Shown: in pieces, positions 43,496 through 53,590 of the stretch
How the letters are laid out: the number at the start of each line of letters is the position of its first letter
Position numbering within the stretch: the stretch's first letter is position 1
Source: Syntrophomonas sp.
GTDB lineage: Bacteria > Bacillota > Syntrophomonadia > Syntrophomonadales > Syntrophomonadaceae
Assembly: GCA_016841875.1 (NCBI GenBank)
Contig: JAENYG010000001.1
Location: 139,247 to 203,246, forward strand
Direction of reading: 5' to 3'
DNA length: 64,000 bases
Position numbers and translations under genes: made by a program
Notes under the pieces: generated by a model
Told to the model about the DNA's origin: nothing
Databases searched by the model: none
The model's input: the letters and a program-made list of their open reading frames with translations, nothing else

Positions 43496-44236
43496 TTAAA
43501 ACATGCGCAGCATGTGCGTGGTACTAGTTTGCCATCTGGGATACTGGAGTTCGGTGGGAAAAACCATTAGAGTATATTTGTGTTCCAGCAGTACTACTTT
43601 TACTTTTTCTCCCATGCGCACAGACTGATCTTTATCAATATTTTCTAAATCCATGTTTTTAATCTGCTCCACATGAGTATTCTCAATGATTTCCTGTACT
43701 GTGGCTATATACCCATCCCCTGACCCGAGCTGCAATTTTCCACGAAATTGCCCATCATTTCCAGTCATGCGAAGCCCGGCGGCGGCCAGAGCCCCAATTA
43801 TGCCCTTTCCGTTTCCACTTAGTTCAAATACATGAAGACCTTGCTTTCCGATCATCCTGTTTGTTTCATCTCTGCTGACTAATCCTTCTTTTACCCTGCT
43901 GGCATAAGCAATAATCTCATCAGTATTGGTCATGCGTTCAGATATTGCAATAACCAGACCGGCATTAGAATCAGGAGATGAATCTCTCCTAACCACTTTA
44001 CAAGCATAATCAATAAAAACTGATAGATACCGCTCTTCAATTTGTGCCGAAAAACTCCGGGCCGTATTGTGTTTCCTGCAACCGGTATCCGGGTGTTGAT
44101 AAAGGCGATGTCGGCTAGGTAACTCAGGTTGTCCCCACCTGTTTTCTTCTAGGACTTTGGTAAGTAAAGAAGCTGTTTCCCCTGCTCCTCCACCGTCCCG
44201 CCTATGCGAATCATCGATCCCTACATAAATTTTCAT
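43496..44236 (-). CDS. hypothetical protein (N-terminal IGIDD motif faintly TiaS/DUF1743-like)
   Basis: ATG 44236 lies 8 nt after GGAGG, giving MKIYVGIDDSHRRDGGGAGETASL... No confident family assignment. Confidence 0.5.
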   Translation of the reverse strand: MKIYVGIDDSHRRDGGGAGETASLLTKVLEENRWGQPELPSRHRLYQHPDTGCRKHNTARSFSAQIEERYLSVFIDYACKVVRRDSSPDSNAGLVIAISERMTNTDEIIAYASRVKEGLVSRDETNRMIGKQGLHVFELSGNGKGIIGALAAAGLRMTGNDGQFRGKLQLGSGDGYIATVQEIIENTHVEQIKNMDLENIDKDQSVRMGEKVKVVLLEHKYTLMVFPTELQYPRWQTSTTHMLRMF

Positions 44237-44261
44237 TATCAACACCTCCTGTAGCTATCCC

Positions 44262-44471
44262 TCACTCCGACCTCATGCAAATAAATGATTCTTTAGTCCA
44301 TCGCCTGAAACGACAGTTATAGCATGAACGGTCCTCATCAGAGACCAGCTCATCTTCGTCATCGATTAAGAACTCATCACAGCCTGCCGCTATTTTAATC
44401 ACTTCTTCCCAGTCCTCTTTACCTCCTGTATATTGATATTTCCCCAGTTCACTCTCTCTCCATACTAACAC
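44262..44471 (-). CDS. hypothetical small Cys-containing protein
   Basis: 69-aa ORF 16 nt upstream of the previous gene, with CYNCRFRRW...FIC. Confidence 0.4.
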   Translation of the reverse strand: MLVWRESELGKYQYTGGKEDWEEVIKIAAGCDEFLIDDEDELVSDEDRSCYNCRFRRWTKESFICMRSE

Positions 44472-45025
44472 CCGAATATCACCTCAATAATTTTTATATA
44501 TAGCCGTATCCGTATCCGTGCAAGAAGGGAGAAAAGAGCCTGGTATTCCCAGACAAATAAAAAAGTACCCTAAGGTACGATCAGAAATATCAGTAGCTTC
44601 TTCCTGATCTCCTTTACAAACACGGAAGGCACAGCCGTTTCCAGCTATACCCCGGCCAGTAAACCATAGCATGTGCCTTAGGTTTAAAGTCTCGGAGACA
44701 TATTATTATTGGCGGCCTATTTTGACCCTAAGTACTATTAATACTATAACAAGTATCAAAAACTCTCAATATTTTTTTGTCTATTTTCCCTTCCAGTTTC
44801 TAATTTCTATTTTAAGAACTATAATAATTTTCTTTCACTTTTCGTTTTGGAAATCACACTACCTACGTTCGGCTCTTGACCAACTGATTGTATGTTTAAT
44901 GCAACTAAGATCATTAAACAAGCAAATATAGCTTTCGGTAACTATGAATATATTTTATTTATAATATAACTAATTGTGATATAATGATTTTTGGTAACCT
45001 ACATTAGGGAAGGAGGGGTGAATTT

Positions 45026-45550
45026 TTGCTGCGTTCAAGAAAGATCATACTGATATCTCACTGTTTGATGAATGTCAATTCAAAGGTAGAAGGACTGGCA
45101 ACGTATGAGTCAGCTCTAGAGGAATTGCTAGTCTCTCTAGTTAAAAAGGGCTATGGGATATACCAGCTTCCCTGCCCGGAATTACGTCTGTACGGCATGA
45201 AGCGCTGGGGTCAAACGGTCAGTCAATACAATAATATCTTCTATGAAAAACACTGCACCGATTTGGCTTGCGAAGTAGTCCGGGAAATCCGTGAATACAA
45301 GCGTTGTAGTTATTCAGTAGATAAGGTGATCGGGCTCGATGGCAGTCCGAGCTGTGGAGTCTCGAAAACTTTTATTGGTGAATGGGGAGGCCTGGACCAT
45401 AGTGGCGAAGCCGGAATTGGACCAGGAGAAGGAGTTTTCTTCCGCTGTCTGCGCGAACAGTGCGATAAAAGCGGACTTACTCTTAGATTTATAGGACTCG
45501 ATGAGAGTGATCCCTCAACATCTGTTAAAGACTTAATCAATACCTTATAA
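45026..45550 (+). CDS. DUF523/TudS-related protein
   Basis: TTG start behind GAAGGAGGGG. The N-terminal ILISHCLMNVNSKVEG and later DGSPSCG resemble the DUF523 Cys pattern (from memory). Confidence 0.45.
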   Translation: MLRSRKIILISHCLMNVNSKVEGLATYESALEELLVSLVKKGYGIYQLPCPELRLYGMKRWGQTVSQYNNIFYEKHCTDLACEVVREIREYKRCSYSVDKVIGLDGSPSCGVSKTFIGEWGGLDHSGEAGIGPGEGVFFRCLREQCDKSGLTLRFIGLDESDPSTSVKDLINTL

Positions 45551-45570
45551 AAATTTAGGAGGATGTAGAA

Positions 45571-46380
45571 ATGATTAAACTGCACAAATATCTGGGTTTA
45601 TTATTAATTATTTTCTTATTAGTATCTTCTATTATGGGCTGTGCTGGCCAAGAGAGTGATGAGACAAATAATCCTGCTGGTGATCCAAGCTTAAATACTA
45701 AAGCAGAAGGCGTATTGACCATCGGGATGTGCGCAACTTGGCCCCCTTTCGAATACCGAGATGAAAATGGAGAGCTTATTGGGTTTGACATTGATATGGC
45801 AAACGAAATCTGTAAAGAATTGAGTCTGAAAGCAGAATTCAAAGACGCTGACTGGCAGGGGCTAGTCCCTTCTCTGCAAAAAGGTGATTATGACATATTA
45901 ATTTCATGTTTCGCCGCCAGTGAAAGCCGTGAAGAAACTGTAGCTTTTTCCGATGTTTACTATGATTTACCATCAACTATCGTGATCCAAGAAGGAAATT
46001 CGGAAATACAGAGCATCGAAGATCTAAAGAATAAAACCATAGGCGTTCAGCTTGGTACTGCAGATGAAATGGCAGCCGAGGAACTGAACAAGCAGTTAGG
46101 TTTTAAAGAGCTTAAGAAGTACAAACTTCCACCTGATGAATTTTTAGATTTGAAGCAGGGAGGCATTGAAGCAGTAGTAGTAGGGCTTCCCTACGCTGTA
46201 CAGACGATTAGGGATCAGGGCGGCTTTACTATAGTGGGTGAACCCTTTGCTCCGCAACCTGTTGTAATGCTGGTTAGAAACGATAATCAAGAACTTCTAA
46301 CTTACATAAATCAATCCCTATCCAGGATGAAAGAAGACGGAACCTATGATTCTCTTATTCAAAAATGGTTTACCATTTAA
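45571..46380 (+). CDS. amino-acid ABC transporter substrate-binding lipoprotein
   Basis: Lipobox SSIMGCAG, PFEYRDENGELIGFDIDMANEICKEL and DILISCFAASESREE (family 3 SBP). Confidence 0.85.
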   Translation: MIKLHKYLGLLLIIFLLVSSIMGCAGQESDETNNPAGDPSLNTKAEGVLTIGMCATWPPFEYRDENGELIGFDIDMANEICKELSLKAEFKDADWQGLVPSLQKGDYDILISCFAASESREETVAFSDVYYDLPSTIVIQEGNSEIQSIEDLKNKTIGVQLGTADEMAAEELNKQLGFKELKKYKLPPDEFLDLKQGGIEAVVVGLPYAVQTIRDQGGFTIVGEPFAPQPVVMLVRNDNQELLTYINQSLSRMKEDGTYDSLIQKWFTI

Positions 46381-46389
46381 GGTTTTCTA

Positions 46390-46427
46390 TGTTCAGATGC
46401 CGACTGCATGCAGTCGGCACCTGAACA
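46390..46427 (+). other. strong intercistronic hairpin between the binding-protein and permease genes
   Basis: TGTTCAG-at-GCCGACTGCA|TGCAGTCGGC-ac-CTGAACA. This is a perfect 20-bp palindrome with an extended 7-bp outer stem. Confidence 0.6.
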
Positions 46428-46446
46428 TAATAAAGGAGACATTTAC

Positions 46447-47112
46447 GTGTATTCATTAGATTTTAGTATAATTCTTAACTGGCTGCCGCATATCGTCAAG
46501 GGGTGTGAACTCACTATATATATCTCCTTACTTTCCATGCTTTTTGCTCTTGTTATTGGCATAATATGCGGCACACTACGTTCATCACCGACAAACAAAT
46601 ATGTACAGATACTAATCGCGTCATATATCGAACTCTTCCGCGGAACCCCGTTGCTTGTTCAGCTATTTTTTATATATTTTGGCCTGGGCCAGGTGGGAAT
46701 AATATTTTCTCCCATGCAGGCTAGCATTATCACATTAGCGTTAAATTCCGGAGCATATATCTGCGAAATAGTTCGTTCAGTAATATCGGCAGTAGACTAT
46801 GGTCAGTACGAGGCCGCCAGGGCTCTTGGAATGAATTATTTTCAAACAATGCGGTACATCATACTGCCGCAGGCATTGCGACTAGCAGTACCTCCACTGG
46901 TAAACTGTTTTTCTTCTATTTTAAAGGATTCCTCCCTGGTATCCATTATTGCCATAGCTGAATTAACAAGAATAGGACAGGAAATCTACGCCTCTACTTT
47001 CCGACCCTTCGAAGCTTATACCACTTTGGGATTGCTCTATCTTTTAATGACCCTGACAATATCCCAACTATCAAAGTTTGCTGAAGTCAAGGTACAAAAA
47101 AGCTTCCAATAA
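46447..47112 (+). CDS. amino-acid ABC transporter permease (His/Glu/Gln/Arg/opine family)
   Basis: GTG 46447 lies 8 nt after AAAGGAG, while the track ATG 46408 lies inside the hairpin. IELFRGTPLLVQLFFIYFGL is an EAA-loop-region signature. Confidence 0.85.
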   Translation: MYSLDFSIILNWLPHIVKGCELTIYISLLSMLFALVIGIICGTLRSSPTNKYVQILIASYIELFRGTPLLVQLFFIYFGLGQVGIIFSPMQASIITLALNSGAYICEIVRSVISAVDYGQYEAARALGMNYFQTMRYIILPQALRLAVPPLVNCFSSILKDSSLVSIIAIAELTRIGQEIYASTFRPFEAYTTLGLLYLLMTLTISQLSKFAEVKVQKSFQ

Positions 47113-47454
47113 TAAGTTTTTACACAAATTTTCCTCAAATAGCTCCTATACTAACACTTCACTTTTGAATCATTTGCGCTCACCCTGCTGCAAAAGCACA
47201 TTACTCAGGCATGACCAACCACACCCCGGACTTTGGGTCCTATTATTTTTTGGGACTATAGGGTTGATTTTCTTGTATATTTATTATATTATTATAATTA
47301 ATAGGACTTATTGACCCCAAAAAACGAAAACATCTTGCGTATTATTATATGACACCATTATTTACTTACAGCAGCAGTACAAATTTTGTCTTATTAGATT
47401 CCTTAAAATGGTTTGAAGGTTAAATTATAAAGTAATTATTTAGGAGTGAGGTTT

Positions 47455-47685
47455 ATGACTAGTGAACTGAGCAACTGCCAAGAATGCGGCCGTCTATTTA
47501 TTGTCAAACATAGCGATAAACTCTGCTTGGAGTGCTGTACAGAACAGCAGATAAAGGTATCCGCAATACGTCAATATTTAAGAGATCACCCTGGCCAAAC
47601 AGCTGTAGAAATGGCCGAAGCCATGGATATGAGTCTGCATTTTATTCTGGGTCTGATCAGACAGGGAATATTGGTGGCTTCATGA
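47455..47685 (+). CDS. YvyF-type small zinc-ribbon protein (flagellar-operon-protein family)
   Basis: ATG lies behind AGGAG. LSNCQECGRLF...LCLECC...IRQYLRDHPGQTAVEMAEAMDMS..ILGLIRQG fits my recollection of TIGR03826. Confidence 0.5.
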   Translation: MTSELSNCQECGRLFIVKHSDKLCLECCTEQQIKVSAIRQYLRDHPGQTAVEMAEAMDMSLHFILGLIRQGILVAS

Positions 47686-47783
47686 TAAGCCTAACCATTT
47701 GATTATTAAAAGAGATTATCAGTAGTTAAGGATTCTAATGAATATATAGAATCCATTACAAATTTAAAATATAAGGTGATTCT

Positions 47784-48893
47784 ATGAAGCAAATCAAAAT
47801 CGAAAACCTGAAAGCAGGTATGGTGACCGGCCAGACAGTATGCAGCAAAAGCGGACAGATACTTATGGTATCCGGTACCCGGTTGAGCAATAGCATGATT
47901 TTAAGGTTGCAGGAGATGGATCTCGTTTCTCTACTGATTGATGAAGCAGAAGAGGTACTCTATCAGGTAACCGAGCATAGCCTGGCACAAACATATAAAG
48001 AGGCATCCACCCAATTTAAGCATACCTTAGATTCTGTTTTCGAAAACAACCACATCAATATCGCCGCTATACGCGCTAATGTAGAGGGTTTGATCAACGA
48101 ATTCCTAAAAAATCGGAGCATATTAACTGCCATATATATAATTAGAAAATGTAATGACTATGCAGTCCATCATTCTATTCAAGTGTGCATCATGTCACTG
48201 GTTATCGGGATAAAATTGGAATATAGTCATGAGCAGTTGATGGAACTGGGTATGGGAGCGCTCTTGCAGGATATAGGGATGGCCAGGGTCGATCCAGAAG
48301 TTATTTCTAAGACCGGTTCTTTAAGCAGCGAGGAATATGATGAGATTCAACAACACAGCACTGTGGGCCACGAGATTATCCAGCGTTACGAAGAAATAAG
48401 CCTGCATGCAGCTAATGTGATCTTACAGCACCATGAACGATGGAACGGCAGTGGTTATCCCCAGGGTTTGAAAACTAAAGAGATCCATGAATATGCCAGA
48501 ATAGTAGCTGTGGCAGATGTTTTTTCAGCTCTCACCTCTGATAGACCATACCGCCCAGCATATACCTTTGACGAGGCGGTAGAGTATATAACTACCTTGT
48601 CTGATTATTATTTTGATCCCAAAATAGTGGATGCGTTTCTCGACAGCATTATTTCGTATCCGGTTGATAGCATCGTCATATTAAATTCTGGTGCATTTGC
48701 ACTAGTAGTTGATGTTCATCCCCAGGTTCCCACTCTGCCAACGGTAAGGATTATTTGTGATTCCAGCCTGAAGATGGCCGTGGCCGATAAGGAGATTAAT
48801 CTCTATAAGACCCGGGATTTTAAAGTAGCACAGGTTCTAAATCAAAAACAAACCGCTTTGTTTTTGAGTAAAACTAAATCTATATCAGGTTGA
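47784..48893 (+). CDS. HD-GYP domain phosphodiesterase
   Basis: HSIQV..., LLQDIG and HHERWNGSGYPQGL. Confidence 0.85.
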   Translation: MKQIKIENLKAGMVTGQTVCSKSGQILMVSGTRLSNSMILRLQEMDLVSLLIDEAEEVLYQVTEHSLAQTYKEASTQFKHTLDSVFENNHINIAAIRANVEGLINEFLKNRSILTAIYIIRKCNDYAVHHSIQVCIMSLVIGIKLEYSHEQLMELGMGALLQDIGMARVDPEVISKTGSLSSEEYDEIQQHSTVGHEIIQRYEEISLHAANVILQHHERWNGSGYPQGLKTKEIHEYARIVAVADVFSALTSDRPYRPAYTFDEAVEYITTLSDYYFDPKIVDAFLDSIISYPVDSIVILNSGAFALVVDVHPQVPTLPTVRIICDSSLKMAVADKEINLYKTRDFKVAQVLNQKQTALFLSKTKSISG

Positions 48894-49068
48894 CCACCTC
48901 CAAAAGCCTCTAAGCACGATTTCCAGCCTATTAATGCTGATAGAATCACTGATAATAGGCCTGGCCACCTTCTATTTTGTTTTAAGCCAACATATATGAA
49001 CTAGAAAAAGTGTTAATATTACTGTATTCTGTCACTATATCCGACCGTAGAAGGGCAGGTGATTTTCT

Positions 49069-49644
49069 CTGTCTCAGGAACAACAACGCTTTAATTTCTG
49101 TCCTAAGTGCTCGGCCAAGCTGGAATACCGTTATTATAAGGATGAACCCCGTTTAACCTGTATTAGCTGTGGTTACCGCTTTTATGAAAATCCGGTAGTA
49201 GGGGTAGCTGGCATAGTCCTGAACGATAAACAGCACATACTCTTAGGACGCCGAAGCAGGGGTAAATATGCTGGCTGCTGGTGTATTCCGTGCGGCTATG
49301 TAGAATACTACGAGGACGTTTATGATGCCGTCAGGAGAGAATTTAAAGAAGAAAGCAATCTCGATATTGAGGTTGTAAGGCCATTTACTGTTCAATCTAA
49401 TTTTCATGACCCGGCTATGCACAGTGTAGGAATCTGGTTTTTAGTAAAGATTACCGGGGGCAGTATATCAGCAGGCGACGACCTGGATGAGCTGGGCTAC
49501 TTTGACCTGGCCGATTTACCAGACCTGGCCTTTCCTACCGACCAAAGAGTACTGGAGCTTCTGCGTCAACGCTTAACGCCAAAAGGCCAGTTGCTCAAAA
49601 GGCCATACTCGCCCCCGGGGTACAGTGACAATCCTTCTATCTGA
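49069..49644 (+). CDS. NUDIX hydrolase with N-terminal zinc ribbon, apparent CTG start (or N-terminally damaged)
   Basis: CPKC...CISCG ribbon and Nudix box GYVEYYEDVYDAVRREFKEESNL. There is no ATG/GTG/TTG between the in-frame TGA (49060) and the first Cys codon (49099). CTG 49069 lies 6 nt after AGGTGA. Confidence 0.6.
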   Translation: MSQEQQRFNFCPKCSAKLEYRYYKDEPRLTCISCGYRFYENPVVGVAGIVLNDKQHILLGRRSRGKYAGCWCIPCGYVEYYEDVYDAVRREFKEESNLDIEVVRPFTVQSNFHDPAMHSVGIWFLVKITGGSISAGDDLDELGYFDLADLPDLAFPTDQRVLELLRQRLTPKGQLLKRPYSPPGYSDNPSI

Positions 49645-49774
49645 TCACCCCAAGCAAGGCTTCACGAATATAATTGGAACATTGCTTGCTGCCGTAAAAA
49701 TTATAGACTAAACTTTATATGGATATCTTAATCAAGATGTCCATATAATACAAAAAGAAGCAGGGGGCATCAAA

Positions 49775-50650
49775 ATGCAAATTACAGAACATATTCATGC
49801 ATTAAAAATTCCTTTTCAGGTTCAAATAAATCCCAGCGCTGCACTGGATAGATTTGTTTATGTTTATCTTATATATGGGGAGAAAATCTGTCTCATAGAT
49901 ACGGGAGTTGCAGGTTCCAAAGAGACCATCTTTGAATATATCAAAAAAACTGGTCGGGACCCCAGAGAATTGTCGCTCATGATTCTAACCCACTCACACC
50001 CTGATCATATTGGGGCTGCCCGGGCTATTAAAGATGCAGTCGGATGCACAACTGCTGCCCATGCCGGCGAAATACCCTGGATCGAAGATATTGAACTGCA
50101 GTATAGAGAACGTACTATTCCAGGCTTTCATTCTCTGGTAGGGGGATCGCTGGAAGTAGATCAGGTGCTCCAAGATGGGGATATTATGACCCTGGAAGAT
50201 GACCTGCAATTACAGGTCATTCATACCCCGGGACATTCAAGCGGTTCGATTTCGCTAATGCTGCTGCCAGATCGGGCACTCTTTTCAGGAGACGTAATAC
50301 CTTTGCCCGGAGATGTACCTATGTATGATGATGTTCTAACCTCCATGGTATCTATAAACAAACTAAAAAATATAGAAGGAATAAAGGTTCTGCTGGCAGC
50401 CTGGGATGAGCCCAGAAAAAATCAAGCAGCTTATGATTCGATTGAGGCAGGGCTTCAATATCTTCAAAGGATCCATGAGGTGGTTATTAATAATGCCTCC
50501 GCTTATTCCTCTGCATCCGAACCACGTTGGTGCAGGAGTATACTGGAAGAACTAGGAATCCCACCGGCAGCGGCTAACCCCCTGGTGGGAAGATCATTAA
50601 TATCACATTTAGAATATCGCGGTATCAATAATTTACTCAAGGACATATAG
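49775..50650 (+). CDS. MBL-fold metallo-hydrolase
   Basis: THSHPDHIGA and HTPGHSSGS. 291 aa. Confidence 0.8.
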   Translation: MQITEHIHALKIPFQVQINPSAALDRFVYVYLIYGEKICLIDTGVAGSKETIFEYIKKTGRDPRELSLMILTHSHPDHIGAARAIKDAVGCTTAAHAGEIPWIEDIELQYRERTIPGFHSLVGGSLEVDQVLQDGDIMTLEDDLQLQVIHTPGHSSGSISLMLLPDRALFSGDVIPLPGDVPMYDDVLTSMVSINKLKNIEGIKVLLAAWDEPRKNQAAYDSIEAGLQYLQRIHEVVINNASAYSSASEPRWCRSILEELGIPPAAANPLVGRSLISHLEYRGINNLLKDI

Positions 50651-50733
50651 AGTATTTAATTTGCTCCTACAGCAGTTAATAACCGTTGTGGCCATTATAA
50701 GTTGACAACTAGCAATAGTATTTATTCTCAGCC

Positions 50734-52074
50734 TCAGGGCATTAAGATCCCAGACAAAGAACTAAGCTCTTTGTCCAGGGTAAGTAAATCTTCAGTATTG
50801 ATATCAGATAATTTTTGTTTTCCCATGGCTGCCGAAGCTATAGCCATCTCATGCTTTGACGCTTCAATGAAATTAGCCAGTCCTGTGACAGCCTCATCAA
50901 TGTTGAGTTTAGCCGTCTTCTTTCCTCCCTCTAAAATCAAGGATTCCAGAGGATACCAGGGTACTGCTTTGGTCAGTTGTTCTCCTAACAGTGCAAAAAG
51001 AACCACATTATCTAGTATGACTGCCCGGGCACCCAGAGCTATCAGTTTGAGGCAGTCTGCAGAATCCCATATACCTCCACTGGCAACAATATCAAGCTGC
51101 CTTTCTAACTTGTTATTGCTTATAAAAGCTTGAGCTCTGGCAATACCATGCGTCAGAGGCATTCCAAAATTTGCGGCAGTGATGGCTGGTGCTATTATTG
51201 AACCTGCTTCGTATCCTTCTAAAATCAGTACATCGATTCCAGCTTGCACTGCTATTTCCAGATCCTTTTCCAAATACTTATTATTCACCATGCGCAGAGC
51301 TACAGGAACTCCCTTAGTAAGTTTTTTTAATTGTTTGACCAGTTTTCCCAATTCCCGTTTACTTCTAAGGTTATATAATCTGGGCAGGTAAGCCTGTACG
51401 TCTCTGTCTTCACGTTTTATGGTGCAGGCAGCAGACGACGTCGCACCCTGACCTAACTTTATCTCTATCATAGCGGCCTGATTTATCACATCCAAGTTAC
51501 CTTGTAACATATCGTAGTCGCTTATAGTAAAAATCGGTTGGTGCATATCCCCGATTTCCTGTTTTGAGAAATTCTGTTCACTTATCACAAGTGGTAAATT
51601 GCTCCGATTAGCAGCACTTATCAATATTGAACGAACCTGATGACTTAGCTGCAGCCCGGTTGATGGAGCAGCAATAAGCAGAGGATGCTTCAATTCTAAC
51701 GGCAGCTCAGTTTTCATACCAAGGATTACCCGGGCATCAACTGAACTGGAATCTTCCAATGGCTTCTCTGACAGCTGGGCAGGATTAAAGAGAATATTAT
51801 CCAATGACGGAGTTCTTCTATAATGTTCAAATGGCTTAAGCAGCGGCATTCCCGAATTAGCCCGGTGAGTGATATCCAATATCCGCATGATTGGAATATT
51901 ATGATACAGATATAGATAAGATAACAAAGAATTTTTGTCTGCTGTTCCTGTCATCAAGCTGCGGATTATTTTATCAATAGTAAAATTTATAACCACCGGA
52001 GTTATCAAGGCGGTAATAATCGAACCCAACAAGGCTCCTGCAAAAGACCAGATATAATGTTGTCCACTCAGCAT
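50734..52074 (-). CDS. membrane-anchored FMN-binding glutamate-synthase-domain-2-like protein
   Basis: N-terminal TM helix. GltS FMN-domain pattern (VPVALRMV, ILEGYEAGS, IVASGGIWDSADCLKLIALGARAV). ATG 52074 lies behind GGAGG, with an alternative start at 52095. Confidence 0.7.
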   Translation of the reverse strand: MLSGQHYIWSFAGALLGSIITALITPVVINFTIDKIIRSLMTGTADKNSLLSYLYLYHNIPIMRILDITHRANSGMPLLKPFEHYRRTPSLDNILFNPAQLSEKPLEDSSSVDARVILGMKTELPLELKHPLLIAAPSTGLQLSHQVRSILISAANRSNLPLVISEQNFSKQEIGDMHQPIFTISDYDMLQGNLDVINQAAMIEIKLGQGATSSAACTIKREDRDVQAYLPRLYNLRSKRELGKLVKQLKKLTKGVPVALRMVNNKYLEKDLEIAVQAGIDVLILEGYEAGSIIAPAITAANFGMPLTHGIARAQAFISNNKLERQLDIVASGGIWDSADCLKLIALGARAVILDNVVLFALLGEQLTKAVPWYPLESLILEGGKKTAKLNIDEAVTGLANFIEASKHEMAIASAAMGKQKLSDINTEDLLTLDKELSSLSGILMP

Positions 52075-52254
52075 GCCTACCTCCAAAAACATCAATATTA
52101 TGAATTATTATTTCCATCTAGCAGCAAAAAATTAGCTGTTATAAAAGCTGATATATATGATGCCTGCAAAAAGAATAAAGTTATTGGCTGGGTACTATAC
52201 CTGTTTACAAACAACATATTCATATATGGATAATAAAAAAGGAGGCATTCGGAA

Positions 52255-53184
52255 TTGATTATTAATGTCTATAAATACCGCACTGCTATTAAAGCAGCTG
52301 CCATAATAGGAGTATTATTTTCAATATTATATTTTATGTGGCCGGATAATAATTCAAACAACCAGCAGCCGGAAACAAAAGATTCTGTCGCATATGGGGA
52401 AAATTTAAGCTGGGATGAAGTGGATGAGTTGTTTCCAAAATATTGCGAGGCATCAGTAATTGATCTGGACAGCGGATTACATTTCAGAGTTCAAAGGAGA
52501 GGCGGTACTTTTCATGCAGATGTGCAGCCGTTATCTGCAGCAGACACCGCGGTGATGAAGAAAATATATGATGATGAGTGGAGTTGGAAAAGAAGGGCAG
52601 TGATAGTTGAACTTGATAACGGTCGGAAGATAGCGGCATCAATGAACGGAATGCCTCATGGTCTGGGTAATATTGAAGGAAATAATTTTGACGGACACTT
52701 TTGTATTCATTTCAAAGATAGCAAAACTCATGGAAGCCGCAAGGTAGATACTGCTCACCAGTTAATGATATGGAAATCAGCCGGTATAGTCGATCAGCAG
52801 TTGATTTCTTTGGAAGCCATCGATACCGTAGATGTCTTCTTTGCGGCGATCGACCAGGGAGAAATGATTACTGCGGGCAAGTTATTAGACTCAGGCAGCA
52901 GCAACACTCTGCTGCTGTTGAATCTAACAAATATTGATGATATTAAAGCTTACGAAATCTCTCCCGCAGATGATAACCGCTTCAGGGTTAACATTAGACT
53001 GATATATAAAAACTCATCTGCATCACATAGTAAAAATCTCCTGATCAAGACTATTCATAGAAACTCAAAATGGAAGATTGACCCTCAGACCTTAACTTCA
53101 CTGTTGGAAGAGGATGGTCCAACAGCAGCTGGCGAAACGGAAAGTTCGGTATTTCAAGAAGATCTGGAAACAGACTCGCTTTAA
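52255..53184 (+). CDS. hypothetical membrane-anchored protein
   Basis: 309-aa ORF, TTG start behind AAGGAGG, N-terminal TM helix. Confidence 0.5.
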   Translation: MIINVYKYRTAIKAAAIIGVLFSILYFMWPDNNSNNQQPETKDSVAYGENLSWDEVDELFPKYCEASVIDLDSGLHFRVQRRGGTFHADVQPLSAADTAVMKKIYDDEWSWKRRAVIVELDNGRKIAASMNGMPHGLGNIEGNNFDGHFCIHFKDSKTHGSRKVDTAHQLMIWKSAGIVDQQLISLEAIDTVDVFFAAIDQGEMITAGKLLDSGSSNTLLLLNLTNIDDIKAYEISPADDNRFRVNIRLIYKNSSASHSKNLLIKTIHRNSKWKIDPQTLTSLLEEDGPTAAGETESSVFQEDLETDSL

Positions 53185-53275
53185 CCGCTATTAAATGGGC
53201 AGGGGCAGCAGAGTATATTATTAATATTAAAAACAAAAGATAACTCTAAAATAACAGCAGCAAGGAGTGATCAAA

Positions 53276-53590
53276 ATGGCCCAACTGGGCGATCCTTTTG
53301 TGGGCAATATCCCCAAACAACTATCCAATGATGAACTTATGCAGGCTTTGCGGGTTGACTTGGCCGGCGAACTAGAGGCCATAATAGCATACGAATCACA
53401 TATCTCTGCTTCACCTGATCCCCGAGTAAAAAAAGTCCTGAGTCATATTGCTGATGAAGAACGCACACATGTGGGAGAGCTTCAGCAACTGCTTTTCATG
53501 CTGAATCAAAACGAGCAGCAAAAAATAGAACAGGGCCAGCAGGCGGTGCAGCAGCAGCAGCAGCAGAATTTCTCTCAGCCTATGCAGTAG
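53276..53590 (+). CDS. EncFtn-like (encapsulated-ferritin-type) ferritin-like protein with Gln-rich tail
   Basis: ATG lies behind AAGGAG. GELEAIIAYESH and ADEERTHVGELQQLL (E...ExxH di-iron motifs). The tail is QQAVQQQQQQNFSQPMQ. Confidence 0.55.
   Translation: MAQLGDPFVGNIPKQLSNDELMQALRVDLAGELEAIIAYESHISASPDPRVKKVLSHIADEERTHVGELQQLLFMLNQNEQQKIEQGQQAVQQQQQQNFSQPMQ

Noticed and set aside
44484-44672. 62-aa minus-strand ORF upstream of the small Cys protein
   Set aside because: It has no Shine-Dalgarno sequence before the ATG and no recognisable features. It is probably part of the promoter/leader region.
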